A stretch of DNA of 62,939 nt, the filler included. It is 7 parts of 7 records of this genome, joined end to end, with 100 filler letters (N's around TTAATTAATTAA, not from the genome) between each part and the next. Parts side by side here need not be neighbours in the genome. Positions count along the whole stretch, not along the records: positions 31,941 to 38,422 come from SRR31156797_13680; positions 38,523 to 52,168 come from SRR31156797_13681; 5 more parts are not named here. One strand, written 5' to 3'. Of the stretch, positions 37,488 through 47,493 are shown piece after piece. Position numbers and translations under genes: made by a program. Position 1 is the stretch's first letter, and each line of letters opens with the position of its first letter. The notes beneath the pieces are model-generated. The model was given only the letters and a program-made list of their open reading frames with translations, had not been told where the DNA came from and ran no database searches.

Positions 37488-38422
37488 TATGGACAATAAT
37501 CCAAAAATTTCTGTGATAATAACGTATCATAACGAAGGATCATTGGTTAATAAGGCCGTAGATAGCGTGGTTTCGCAGTTATATGATCAATTGATTCAGA
37601 TTATTATCGTTGATGATGCCTCCACTATACCACCTATATTGTCCCATGAGAATCTGGAAAAAGTTGAAATTATTCAATCTAAATTGAATATACGACTACC
37701 TGCTGCCAGAAATTTGGGGGTATCTATAGCTAAAGCGCCATATATCACGTTTCTGGATGCTGACGATATTTATCTACCTTTAAAATTAAAATTGCAGTTT
37801 GAGTATTTGGATGCACACGATGATGTCAGTTTGGTTGGAAGTGGAGGGATAATTGAGAGAGGCGGAAAAACTAACGAATATATTCCTCAAATAGTCAGAT
37901 TGCTTTTTAATAAAAATTTACCTGAGGAAGGAGTGATGTTACCCGAAGTGAAAACCGCTGAGTTGTTGGGGGTAGATTATGGATTTCACTCTTGCGGGTT
38001 TATGGTAAGGAAAACAGCTTTTGATTCAATTGATGGTTTCAATGTTGCTTTAAGGTGGGGGGAAGAGTGGGATTTTGTAACTCGACTGGCTCAGGGACAT
38101 CAATTGGCTTATGTCCCAGGAAATGTATATAAATACATTGCCAGGGAAAATAGCATGACAACATCGTTAACACCGGAAAAATTTGAAAGCATGGCTTGGA
38201 TTTATAGAAGAAATAGACTGAATATAGTCCAATTTAATCAAAAATCAAAAGACATATTAAAAAAAAAAGAACAACAGGCCTATTTGTTGGCGTCACAAAC
38301 ATTCATTGAAAAAGGGAAGCCTTTAAACGCAATATCGAATGGGCTTAAATCTTTAATGGTTTTTCCTTCTTTTTGGGGATTTAGAAGCACAATCAAAGCG
38401 ATATGGGTTTTTATTCAAAACC
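37477..38422 (+). CDS. Glycosyltransferase family 2, runs off the contig end
   Basis: ISVIITYHN, VDDAS, AARN, LDADD, EEWDF. Confidence 0.9.
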
Positions 38423-38522
38423 NNNNNNNNNNNNNNNNNNNNNNNNNNNNNNNNNNNNNNNNNNNNTTAATTAATTAANNNNNNNNNNNNNNNNNNNNNN
38501 NNNNNNNNNNNNNNNNNNNNNN
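38423..38522. other. Artificial contig spacer
   Basis: 44 N + TTAATTAATTAA + 44 N. Confidence 0.98.
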
Positions 38523-38523
38523 A

Positions 38524-39447
38524 TTTCGGATTGACGTATTCGATGTTTCCGTCGGTGTTGGTTATCAATACCGATGACGGGCTTTGTTCGACCGCGACGG
38601 ACAATTTGCGGACGTCCTGTTCGGCCTGAACCCGTTCGGTGATATCGAGCGAAACCGTCACCACCAGATCGACCGAACCGCTGCCGCCGCGCAACGGCGC
38701 CTTGGTTGTCAGAAGGCGGCGCTGGGCGCCGCTGCGATCCTGCACATGGTCTTCCTGCCCGAAGATGAGTTGGCCGCTGACAATGACGGTGCGGTCGAGT
38801 TCGACCTGCCGGGCCCCGTAATCGGCGCCGAGAATTTCGATCATCGGCCGGCCGATCGCCTTGATCGGTTCGACCTCGAAATAGGCCCGGTGGTGGTTGT
38901 TGAGGAAGGCGCAGTTGCCGTCGCGGTCGCTTGCCCGAACCAGGGCGGGAACCGTGTTGATGACGTTGCGCAGCCTTTCCTCGCTTTTGCGTTCGTCATC
39001 GGCATGTTTGTCGATGGCGGCTTGCAGTTCGTGTTCCAGCGATACGGCGCGGTCCTGAATGATCTGTTTCTGCCGCCACATGGTCAGCAGGTTGATCGCC
39101 CGGGTCCTGAATTCGTGATGGTCGATCGGGCTTCGCAGGAAATCCGTGGCGCCGGCTTCGAGCGCGCTGTAGCGGTAGTCGCGGTCTTCGTAGGCGGTAA
39201 TGACGATGATCGGGACATCGAAGCATTTCAGTTTTCGTCGGCATTCGGCGACGAATTCGGCGCCGTTCATCTCGGGCATCTGAAAATCGGTGATGATCAG
39301 ATCGACGTCCTGGTCCAGCATCCAGTCGAAAGCCGCCCTCGGATTATCGAATGGATGAACCTCCGCCCCGGCTTCCAGCGATCGTGCGAGCTGCGCAAGG
39401 ATGTTGCGATTCGTGACACGATCATCGACGACGACGATGACTGACAT
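38524..39447 (-). CDS. REC-PAS-PAS response regulator (RpfG-like receiver; output domain not in window)
   Basis: VVVDD, ITDFQMP, DFLRSP; PAS ending DITERV; second PAS begins AVEQSPSSVLITN..IEYVNP. Confidence 0.85.
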
Positions 39448-39959
39448 GATCTTTGTTTTGTTCCCCCCAGCTAACTTGAACGTTCACAGTTTCTTATTGT
39501 CGGCGGAAAATAAACCGAAAATTGGGTTCAAGTTCGAACGCACCCGCAACTTCCACCCCCCAATTGGCGAAGTGGGGCCGAAAAAAAAAGATCAGGGCCC
39601 CGGACGCAGCAGATTCCAGATGGGCTGTTTTACATGCGAAATCGTGGATACAGAAGGTGGATTTTTTCCCGACGGCAAAAAATACGATCATGGAGTGCCG
39701 TTTTTCGGCCCGGTTGAGGGCGATGACAATTGTCGGATTTTGACCGCGCGCACGGTTTGGTTAGTCACAATTGTGAAAAATTCAACCGCATTGACGAACC
39801 ATCTCGCCAGTCGGCTCGGAAAAAGTTACTCTTTTGACGGTTGTGCCAGACGATTGAGGAGGGGCAATCGGAGCGACCGGAACCGGAGACTGCGCCCGGA
39901 CTTTGTCTGTCGACAAGAAAAACGATACGGCAGGCCGGCGTAATAAATTGGAGGAGAAT

Positions 39960-40982
39960 ATGTCTAAACTAATGGTATCCAAGGTGCACGACACCCACGG
40001 TTTTGGCCTTCGAGAAGAAGAGCCGACCAAGGCGCTTCGACCGAATAGAATCAAAGCCCTTTACGACGCCGTTGCCGACGACGTGCCGTCGAAGGAGGGG
40101 GTGCCGCCATTCGATCTTGAATGGTGGTTGCGAACGACGCCGTTCCGCGAAGTCGAGGTTGAATTCGACACCTCGGCGAAGGTGGTGTGGCAGTTCATGA
40201 AATTCAGGCGGCGTCCGAGCGTCACGCTCGAACTTCTGCGTGAAATCAAGCAGATCCTGGAAATGATCGGGAAAGCCTTCGAGCAACCCGGGGCTCAGGA
40301 AAACCCGCCGGTGCATTATGTGGTGCTGGCGTCGAAACTGCCGGGCGTTTTCAACATGGGCGGCGACCTTCCGTTGTTCGTCGATCTGATTCGCAGCGGC
40401 GACGCCGAAGGGTTGCGGCATTATGCCCACGCCTGCGTCGACGTGCAGTATCTGCGCTGGAGCAAGCAAAGGCTTCCGATCCAGACCGTGTCGCTGGTAC
40501 AGGGCGATGCCCTTGGCGGCGGTTTCGAGGCGGCCTTGGCCGACGACATCATCATCGCCGAGGAAAGCGCCAAATTCGCCCTGCCGGAAATCCTGTTCAA
40601 CCTGTTTCCGGGGATGGGGGCTTACAGTTTCCTGGCCCGCCGCCTGAACGCGGCGACGACGGAACGCCTGATGCTCAGCGGCAAGATCTATTCGGCCGGC
40701 GAGCTTTATGAACTGGGCGTCGTCGACCGGGTCGTCCCCGACGGATCGGGTGTCGAAGGCTTCTACGGATTTGTCGACGACAACCAACGGTCCTACGCCG
40801 CACGAAGCGCGGTTCTGGATGCGCGGCGAACCGTCAATCCGCTGGCGCCGGCCGAGTTGACCGAGATCACCGACCGCTGGGTTGACGCGGCGTTGACTCT
40901 GTCGCCTCTGGACTTGCGCAAGATGGAACGCCTCGCAAAAGCCCAGGACCGGCGCCGGACCCGGGCACGCGAGGTGGCCTAG
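39960..40982 (+). CDS. rpfF: DSF synthase RpfF-like crotonase
   Basis: VLAS..PGVFNMGGDL, VQGDALGGGFEAAL, LPEILFNLFPGMGAYS (both catalytic Glu), W..AAL.L...DLRKMERL. GGAG RBS precedes ATG 39960. Confidence 0.85.
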   Translation: MSKLMVSKVHDTHGFGLREEEPTKALRPNRIKALYDAVADDVPSKEGVPPFDLEWWLRTTPFREVEVEFDTSAKVVWQFMKFRRRPSVTLELLREIKQILEMIGKAFEQPGAQENPPVHYVVLASKLPGVFNMGGDLPLFVDLIRSGDAEGLRHYAHACVDVQYLRWSKQRLPIQTVSLVQGDALGGGFEAALADDIIIAEESAKFALPEILFNLFPGMGAYSFLARRLNAATTERLMLSGKIYSAGELYELGVVDRVVPDGSGVEGFYGFVDDNQRSYAARSAVLDARRTVNPLAPAELTEITDRWVDAALTLSPLDLRKMERLAKAQDRRRTRAREVA

Positions 40983-41116
40983 GGACGTTTATTCGGAAGC
41001 GTGACGCGACGTCCAATCGCGGCCTGCGGAATCGGTTCCGTGGGCCGGCGGGATTCCTTGTGGTGCCCGGGCCGATCGGTCCGGACGCCGGAGTCTGTCA
41101 AATGATCGGAAGGTTG

Positions 41117-43690
41117 TCAGATCAGTTCCGTTTTCCCGGCCCGTTCCGCCATGTAGTTGCCGATGGCACGGCGGAAACGCTTCAGTTCGTCGGCGACCTG
41201 AAGCATGTGGGCATCGCCGCGGTTGGCCAGTTGTTCGGGCGTGATGCCGCTCATCTTGTGGCACTGCTGATGAAGCATCTTGGCGCCGACATTGGCCGAA
41301 CTGCTGCGAAGGGCGTGGCCGAGTTCGCGGAACTTGAGCGCATCGCCGGCGGTTTTCGCTTCATACATCGCCTCGATCAACCGTTCGGCGTCGACAAGGT
41401 ATTCGCGAATGAGTTCGACTAGGAACCCCTCGTCCGGTCCCAGGTTCTCGACATCCTGGAGCACACCCCAATCGATAACCGAGGTGGGTTCGCCCTTGAA
41501 TCGGGGATGGGTGTAGATCTCGGTCACCGAAGACGGCCCGGAAGCAGCCTCCTCCAACTTTCGGGCCGGATCTTCGGCCTCAACCAGGCCTTCGATTTCA
41601 ACCAGGAGTTTCCGCGCCGCGACCGGTTTCGTCAGATAGATATCCATGCCCGCTTCGAGGCACGCGTGCTTCGTTTCATCGGTGGCGTCCGCACTCAGGC
41701 CGATGATCGGCATGTGGGGCTCGCCCATGCTGGCGATACGATAAAGCTTGACCGCCTCGATGCCGCTCATGCCCGGCATGTTGACGTCCATGATGGCAAG
41801 ATCGAATTTCTGCGATTCCAACAGGTCGAGGGCTTCATCGCCGCTTGTTGCCAGCGTTGCAACATGGCCGGCCCGCGTCAGGATTTTCTCGGTGACCTTG
41901 CGGTTGACCAGATTGTCTTCGGCGACCAGGACCGATAGCGGCCGATGTGTTTCCGATACCGGCAGATCGGGTTCCTCGGTGCCTTCCCCCGACCGGGTCG
42001 CCAGGAATGCCGCGGCGAGGTGAACGACGTTTTCCAGATCGCCGGAATCGAACGGGATGTCGAGCGAGGCAAGGAATGTACTGTCGTTGACGGGGCCCTG
42101 CATCGGGTTTTGGACCTGGATGAAGGCGAAGCTGCTGGCAGGACGGAAGGTTTCCAGACCGCGTGCCACTTCGCTCGCCCGCCAGCCGGCGTCGCGGGAA
42201 TCGATCAGGGTAATCGGGAAGGAGCTGCCGCGAATGGCGCCGCCGACGGCGTTCTGGGCTTCAAGCGGCGAGCGCACGCCGATCACGTCCAGATGCATGT
42301 GAACCAGTCCGTGTCGGATCGAATCGACCATTGACGAATCGCGCGATACCACCAGCACAGCGGCATCGGGCATGCTTTGGGCGGTGACGGTCGTCGATTG
42401 TTGGGCGAACGGGACCTCGGTCCAGAAGGTGCTGCCGTGGCCCGGATTGCTGATGACGCCGATCTTCCCGCCGAGAAGTTCTATGAGATGCTTTGAAATC
42501 GCCAAGCCGAGGCCGACGCCGTCGTTGCGCCGGCTGATGCCGTCGTCGGCCTGGGTGAAGCTGTCGAAAATCCGTTCGATGTGGGACGGAGCGATGCCGA
42601 TTCCGGAATCCGTTACCTCGAACCGGAGCACGGCGCCCCCGGTGTCGGGCGATTGCGACACCAGACCGACGTGCAGGTTGACGTGTCCCGTTTCGGTGAA
42701 TTTGATCGCGTTGCCGATCAGGTTGGCCAAGACCTGTTGCAGGTGCGGCCAGTCGCCGCGAAGGCGATAGGGCGCCTTCGGCGAAACGTCGATACCCAGG
42801 CTCAGGCCTTTGCGGTCGGCCTGGACCCGCAGGATCGAAACCAGATCGATGATCGATTTGTGCAGGTCGAAATCGTCGGCCGCGACGGAAATCTTGTTGG
42901 CCTCGATCCTCGAGAAATCGAGGATGCCTTCGATCAACGACAGCAGGGTGCGTCCCGACGTTTTGATGGTGCCCAGCATCTCGCGTTGGTCGCGGTCGAT
43001 CTGGGTGCTGCGAAGAAGGTCGCTCATGCCGATGATGGCGTTTAACGGCGTGCGCAGCTCGTGGCTCATGCGGGCAAGGAAGCGGTTTTTCGCCTGGTTG
43101 GCTTCCTCGGCCTGCGCTTTCGCTTCGGTCAGTTTTTTGATCAGGGTGCCGGAATAGGCGGGGATCGCAACCAAAGCGGCCAGAAGGCCGATGCCCAGCC
43201 ACAGATTGCCGGACCACCACTCGGTCGTTGCCAAAACGACCGAGAAACTGATGAACGAGACGACCACCGAAGCGGCAAGGAATTTCAGGCCGTAGCGGAA
43301 GCCCATTCCCAGCGTCACCCAAAGATAGATCGGATAGAGCGGCGCCGTGAATTCGCTGCCGAGCTTGAGAACCGAAAGCATGGCCGTGAAATCGGTGACC
43401 ATGGCGAAAAACCGCCGCGTCACCGATTGGGCCGGGTAGATTGCGATGAGGGCCAGATAAAGAAATGACAAAGCCAGGTAAATGATCGCGGTAACCAGGA
43501 GACCCGATTCCTGGCTCGGTTCAAGCGGCGTATCGAAGGCATGAAGCAGAGCGAAATAGGCAAGCAATAAGGCGACGATGACCACTCGGACCAGCGCCTG
43601 TTCGTGCTCACTGTCGGGGCGGTTACGGAATCTTTCCTTCAGGCCGGATAATCCCGCGCCGACCGCTCCGGTCCTTTCGATCTCTGACAT
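41117..43690 (-). CDS. rpfC: RpfC-like hybrid sensor kinase (TM-HisKA-HATPase-REC-HPt)
   Basis: [13 protein letters not shown]-terminus, [38 protein letters not shown], HPt [12 protein letters not shown]. Convergent with rpfF. Confidence 0.85.
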   Translation of the reverse strand: MSEIERTGAVGAGLSGLKERFRNRPDSEHEQALVRVVIVALLLAYFALLHAFDTPLEPSQESGLLVTAIIYLALSFLYLALIAIYPAQSVTRRFFAMVTDFTAMLSVLKLGSEFTAPLYPIYLWVTLGMGFRYGLKFLAASVVVSFISFSVVLATTEWWSGNLWLGIGLLAALVAIPAYSGTLIKKLTEAKAQAEEANQAKNRFLARMSHELRTPLNAIIGMSDLLRSTQIDRDQREMLGTIKTSGRTLLSLIEGILDFSRIEANKISVAADDFDLHKSIIDLVSILRVQADRKGLSLGIDVSPKAPYRLRGDWPHLQQVLANLIGNAIKFTETGHVNLHVGLVSQSPDTGGAVLRFEVTDSGIGIAPSHIERIFDSFTQADDGISRRNDGVGLGLAISKHLIELLGGKIGVISNPGHGSTFWTEVPFAQQSTTVTAQSMPDAAVLVVSRDSSMVDSIRHGLVHMHLDVIGVRSPLEAQNAVGGAIRGSSFPITLIDSRDAGWRASEVARGLETFRPASSFAFIQVQNPMQGPVNDSTFLASLDIPFDSGDLENVVHLAAAFLATRSGEGTEEPDLPVSETHRPLSVLVAEDNLVNRKVTEKILTRAGHVATLATSGDEALDLLESQKFDLAIMDVNMPGMSGIEAVKLYRIASMGEPHMPIIGLSADATDETKHACLEAGMDIYLTKPVAARKLLVEIEGLVEAEDPARKLEEAASGPSSVTEIYTHPRFKGEPTSVIDWGVLQDVENLGPDEGFLVELIREYLVDAERLIEAMYEAKTAGDALKFRELGHALRSSSANVGAKMLHQQCHKMSGITPEQLANRGDAHMLQVADELKRFRRAIGNYMAERAGKTELI

Positions 43691-43933
43691 GCGATTCCTC
43701 TGTGCGCGATTACCTTTCCAGACCGGTTCGAAAGGCGCGCGCCTATTTCAACCCATCGAATATCCGTCGATCGGGTTTTTCTCGACGAATGATGAAGGGT
43801 TTGGCGCGAATATGCAATTCTGACGATTAATTATCGTTTCACAGCGTGAATTGCGTTGTGGGCCGGTTTTCTCCAGAAATGACACCTTTTGACCCCCATC
43901 GGCGGTATAGTCGTTTTCGGGGAGTAACACCTG

Positions 43934-44335
43934 ATGGCTCGATTTATCGGCAGACTTGCCATTTTTTACTGTATCGCCACGCTTTTGTCGGTGCCGGCCG
44001 TCACAGCCGAGGCCGCTTCCGAGCAATTGCGGGGAACGCAGTTTCTTTACGTTCTCAACGGCAATACCCTGACCGGAACCGATGAAAAAGGTGTTTTTTT
44101 CTTTGCCTATTTCCTCGCCGGCGGCACGGCCACCTATGAGGACGCGACCGGTTTTCGCGACGTCGGCAAATGGACCGTTCGGAACGACATCTTCCTTTGC
44201 ATCCGATGGCAGAATAGGGGCGACAACGCCGAACACTGCGGGACGGGCAGCCTGTCGGGCAAAACGCTGACCCTGCGGGGCGGATCGCTGCCGACCCCGC
44301 TTCGGGTGATCGGCACCATTGCCGGCGGACGTTAG
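43934..44335 (+). CDS. Small secreted hypothetical protein (beta-rich, two mature Cys)
   Basis: GGGGAG RBS, signal peptide, GNTLTG..GKWTV..LCIRW pattern. Confidence 0.6.
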   Translation: MARFIGRLAIFYCIATLLSVPAVTAEAASEQLRGTQFLYVLNGNTLTGTDEKGVFFFAYFLAGGTATYEDATGFRDVGKWTVRNDIFLCIRWQNRGDNAEHCGTGSLSGKTLTLRGGSLPTPLRVIGTIAGGR

Positions 44336-44365
44336 AACGCCTCTTCAGACCGAGTTCAGCAATCG

Positions 44366-45697
44366 TCAATCCAACGGCAAACCGCTGGGGACCCGATCGG
44401 GCGCGCCAAGTCGGCCTTCGAGACTGTGCCGATCGGTCAGGGATTCAAGAAAAGCCAGCAGATCGGCGATTTCCCGATCCGACAGGTCGACCGGATCGAG
44501 TTCGTTGGCGGCCAGGATCGCCGCCTGTTCGGTGCGATTGTCGAAGACCAGAAAGTCCCCCTTCGCGACGATGGCGTCGGCCGGAAGAATCAACTGGCCC
44601 GGGTCATAGGCGCGGAAGGCGGCCTCGGGGTTCAGGTGATGGCGGACGACAGCTTCCAGGCTGCGATAGGCGCCGGTGTGGCCATAGGGCGCCGTCGCCG
44701 CAACATTGCGCAGACTGGGGGTGCGGAATTTGTAGGCGTCTTCGCGCCGGTCGCTTTCGTTCAGGCGACCGCGGTCGCGGGCGACCGGATCGAACAAACG
44801 TGTCCGGCCGGGGCCGAGTTGGGGCATGGCGATGGCGTGGAATTCGTGGTCGGTCTGGAACTTACCGGCATGGCAGACGGCGCAGCCGGCCTTGCCGTAG
44901 AACAGATCGAGGCCGCGTTTCTGTTGCCCGTTCAGCGCCGCTGTGTCGCCGCGCAGATAGGCATCGAAGGGGCTGCGATCAGCCCGCCATTCCGAATTGA
45001 CGAAGGCGCCGATGGCGTTGCCGATATGGACGATGGTTATATCGGTCGGCTTTTCGACTTCCGGAAAGGCGTCCCGAAAAAGTGGCAGATAGCCGTCGAC
45101 GGCATGGATGCGTTCGACCAGAATGTCCCAGGCATAATCCTGGCGCCGCCGGACGGCGCCGGCGACTTGGTTTTCGCCGATCTGCCCGGTCATCTCCACC
45201 TCCGACAGCACCGGGAACAGGGCCTGGGCGGCGGCGACCGAGTCGAGCCCCGCCGGCAAGAATTCCTCGGCCGGGGTGTTGAAACCGGTCGGGTCTTCGG
45301 GATCTTCGAAAACCCGGCCGTCGTGAAACAGGCGCGTGAATTCCCGTGCTCCCAGATTGAACAGTACCGGCGAATGACGCGGCACCCGGCGGTTCGGCGT
45401 GATGCCGCCGTCGCCGAACGTCCGGGTCGGTCCCAGGCCGGTTCCGCCTTCGCCGATGCCGAGCGACAGTCCGTCGGACCCCCGATGATCGTGATGATGG
45501 CAGGTGGCGCAGGCGATGTTTTGATTGCCGCTGAGGATGCGGTCGTAGAACAGCAGCCGCCCGAGGGCCGCCTGGGCCGGAACGACCGGACGATAGTCGG
45601 CGTCGGCAACCGGCGGGGGCAGGTCGATGGATGGGGCCGATGCGGCCGGTGCCAACGGCGCGAAAAAAGCGACCAATAGAAGGATGATTCGCATCAT
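44366..45697 (-). CDS. Diheme cytochrome c peroxidase/MauG superfamily protein (non-canonical)
   Basis: Signal peptide; LGRLLFYDRILS, CATCH, CAVCH, FRTPSLRNVAATAPYGH, LLAFLESLT. Confidence 0.9.
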   Translation of the reverse strand: MMRIILLLVAFFAPLAPAASAPSIDLPPPVADADYRPVVPAQAALGRLLFYDRILSGNQNIACATCHHHDHRGSDGLSLGIGEGGTGLGPTRTFGDGGITPNRRVPRHSPVLFNLGAREFTRLFHDGRVFEDPEDPTGFNTPAEEFLPAGLDSVAAAQALFPVLSEVEMTGQIGENQVAGAVRRRQDYAWDILVERIHAVDGYLPLFRDAFPEVEKPTDITIVHIGNAIGAFVNSEWRADRSPFDAYLRGDTAALNGQQKRGLDLFYGKAGCAVCHAGKFQTDHEFHAIAMPQLGPGRTRLFDPVARDRGRLNESDRREDAYKFRTPSLRNVAATAPYGHTGAYRSLEAVVRHHLNPEAAFRAYDPGQLILPADAIVAKGDFLVFDNRTEQAAILAANELDPVDLSDREIADLLAFLESLTDRHSLEGRLGAPDRVPSGLPLD

Positions 45698-45786
45698 CGG
45701 ATCGCATCCGCCGCGTCAAATCCCATATGTGGTGCAGCCGGGCAACTATACTCCGGCCGGAGCTTAGCCGTATGGGGAGCCGAACC

Positions 45787-46275
45787 ATGCCCAAACCCGG
45801 ATTGGCCGCGATGATCCTGATGATCGGGTTGTGCGTTACGGTGCCGGCCGCGGCCGACATCCAGAAAGCCCGCGACCTGATGGACGCCAGCCGGTTCGAA
45901 GAAGCGATGGTCGAACTGCTGCCGGCGGCGCAAAGCGGCAACGCCGACGCCGAGGAACTGATCGGCGTCATGTACGCCATGGGCCTGGGGGTTCCGCGCG
46001 ACGACGAGCGGGCCTTCGAATGGTATCTGCGGTCCGCCCTGCGCGGCCATCCCGGCGCCCAGTCCGGCGTCGGCTGGTATTATGAGATCGGCCGCGGCAT
46101 GCCGGCACCCGACCTGGTGCGGGGATACATGTGGTACGTGCTGTCGGCGATCGGCGGCGATCCCGACGCCGCCATCTCGCAGGAAGAGATCGTCAAGAAG
46201 ATGACGCCGGAACAGATCCGGCGGGCCCACATCCTGATCGACGACTACAAGGGCCATCTCTATCCCTTCGACTGA
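45787..46275 (+). CDS. Secreted Sel1-repeat protein
   Basis: GGGGAG RBS, signal peptide, IGVMYAMGLGV..AFEWY..AQSGVGWYYEIGRG. Confidence 0.85.
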   Translation: MPKPGLAAMILMIGLCVTVPAAADIQKARDLMDASRFEEAMVELLPAAQSGNADAEELIGVMYAMGLGVPRDDERAFEWYLRSALRGHPGAQSGVGWYYEIGRGMPAPDLVRGYMWYVLSAIGGDPDAAISQEEIVKKMTPEQIRRAHILIDDYKGHLYPFD

Positions 46276-46314
46276 AACGAAAAAGGGCCGCCAATGACGG
46301 CGGCCCTTCGTTTC
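46274..46314. terminator. Bidirectional intrinsic terminator
   Basis: AAGGGCCGCC-aatgac-GGCGGCCCTT between the convergent sel1 and dctP genes; T run on the minus strand. Confidence 0.85.
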
Positions 46315-46337
46315 GATCAATTTAAACCGGCCGCGAG

Positions 46338-47405
46338 CTACTGGATTTCTTTCGTCAACTCGGCGTCCATGAACGCCTCGGCGTCGGCAGCGGCTTTGAC
46401 CAGGGCGTCGTAAACTTCCGGGCCGTTTCTGACGTTTTTCTTGAACCAGTCGTATACCGGAGCCGCTGCCTTCTTGAATTCAGCCTTTTCGGCCGGAGTC
46501 GGCACATACAGCGTGCCGCCACCCTTGACGAAGTCGGTATAGGCTTTGATCGACTTGCGCTTCGGCGAAGCAAACGTCGCCTGTTGCAGTTCGGCAAAGC
46601 CGTCGACGATCACCTTTTGCAGGTCCTTCGACATGCCCGTGAAGCGGTCGTTGTTCATCATCCACAGGGCGCCCATGTAGGCATGACCGTCGAGGGTGAC
46701 GTATTTCAGGCCGGCATCCGGGAATTTCATTCCCATGATGTCGGTGATGCCGTTCTTGGATCCTTCGACGACACCGGTCTGGAACGAGGTGAACAGTTCC
46801 GGCCACGGAATCGGGGTCGGGCTGGCGCCCAGGGCCTTGACCAGTTCCTGCGGCAGGTCGGCGACAACGGTGCGGATTTTCAAACCGGCCATGTCGGCGG
46901 GCGTTTTCACGACCCGCTTGGTGTTGGCAAAGTTGCGCCAACCGCCGGTGTTGCCGATGGTCATCAGACGGATCATGCCGCCGGAGTCATCCAGGACCAT
47001 CTTGCGGATCATCCGGGTGAAGTCGCCGCTCAATGCGATTTCGGCCACGCGGTCGTCGCGCAACAGGTACGGCAGGTCGAGAACCTGGATGTACGGGAAG
47101 GCCCCGGCGGCGCCGCCGGAAGTCGTGATGTAGATGTCGATGGTGCCGTCGGCGATACCCTGCAGGCATTCCGCGCCTTTCCCGCAAAGCTGGGTGCCGA
47201 TGAAAAGTTCGACCGAGATTTCACCGTTCGAGCGGGATTCGACGAAATCCTTGAAGACGATCAGTCCGTCGTAATCTTCGTCGTTTTCGTTCGAATTGGC
47301 GGTTGCCCGAAGATTGTATTTGGCGGCATCGGCGGAGACAGCCCCGAAGGCAATCGAACCGATGACGGCTAGTGCGACGGCTGTCGATTTACGAAAGGAT
47401 AACAT
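46338..47405 (-). CDS. dctP: TRAP transporter substrate-binding protein DctP
   Basis: Signal peptide; GWRNFAN, GLKIRT (conserved Arg), LGASPTPIPWPELFTSFQTGVVEG. Confidence 0.92.
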   Translation of the reverse strand: MLSFRKSTAVALAVIGSIAFGAVSADAAKYNLRATANSNENDEDYDGLIVFKDFVESRSNGEISVELFIGTQLCGKGAECLQGIADGTIDIYITTSGGAAGAFPYIQVLDLPYLLRDDRVAEIALSGDFTRMIRKMVLDDSGGMIRLMTIGNTGGWRNFANTKRVVKTPADMAGLKIRTVVADLPQELVKALGASPTPIPWPELFTSFQTGVVEGSKNGITDIMGMKFPDAGLKYVTLDGHAYMGALWMMNNDRFTGMSKDLQKVIVDGFAELQQATFASPKRKSIKAYTDFVKGGGTLYVPTPAEKAEFKKAAAPVYDWFKKNVRNGPEVYDALVKAAADAEAFMDAELTKEIQ

Positions 47406-47493
47406 TGCGTAACTCCTCCTTGTTTTCGTGGTTTGTGCGTATTCAGTAACTTCGTTGTGCTTGGTCGGTCGCCTTTCTGGCGACGGTTTATGG

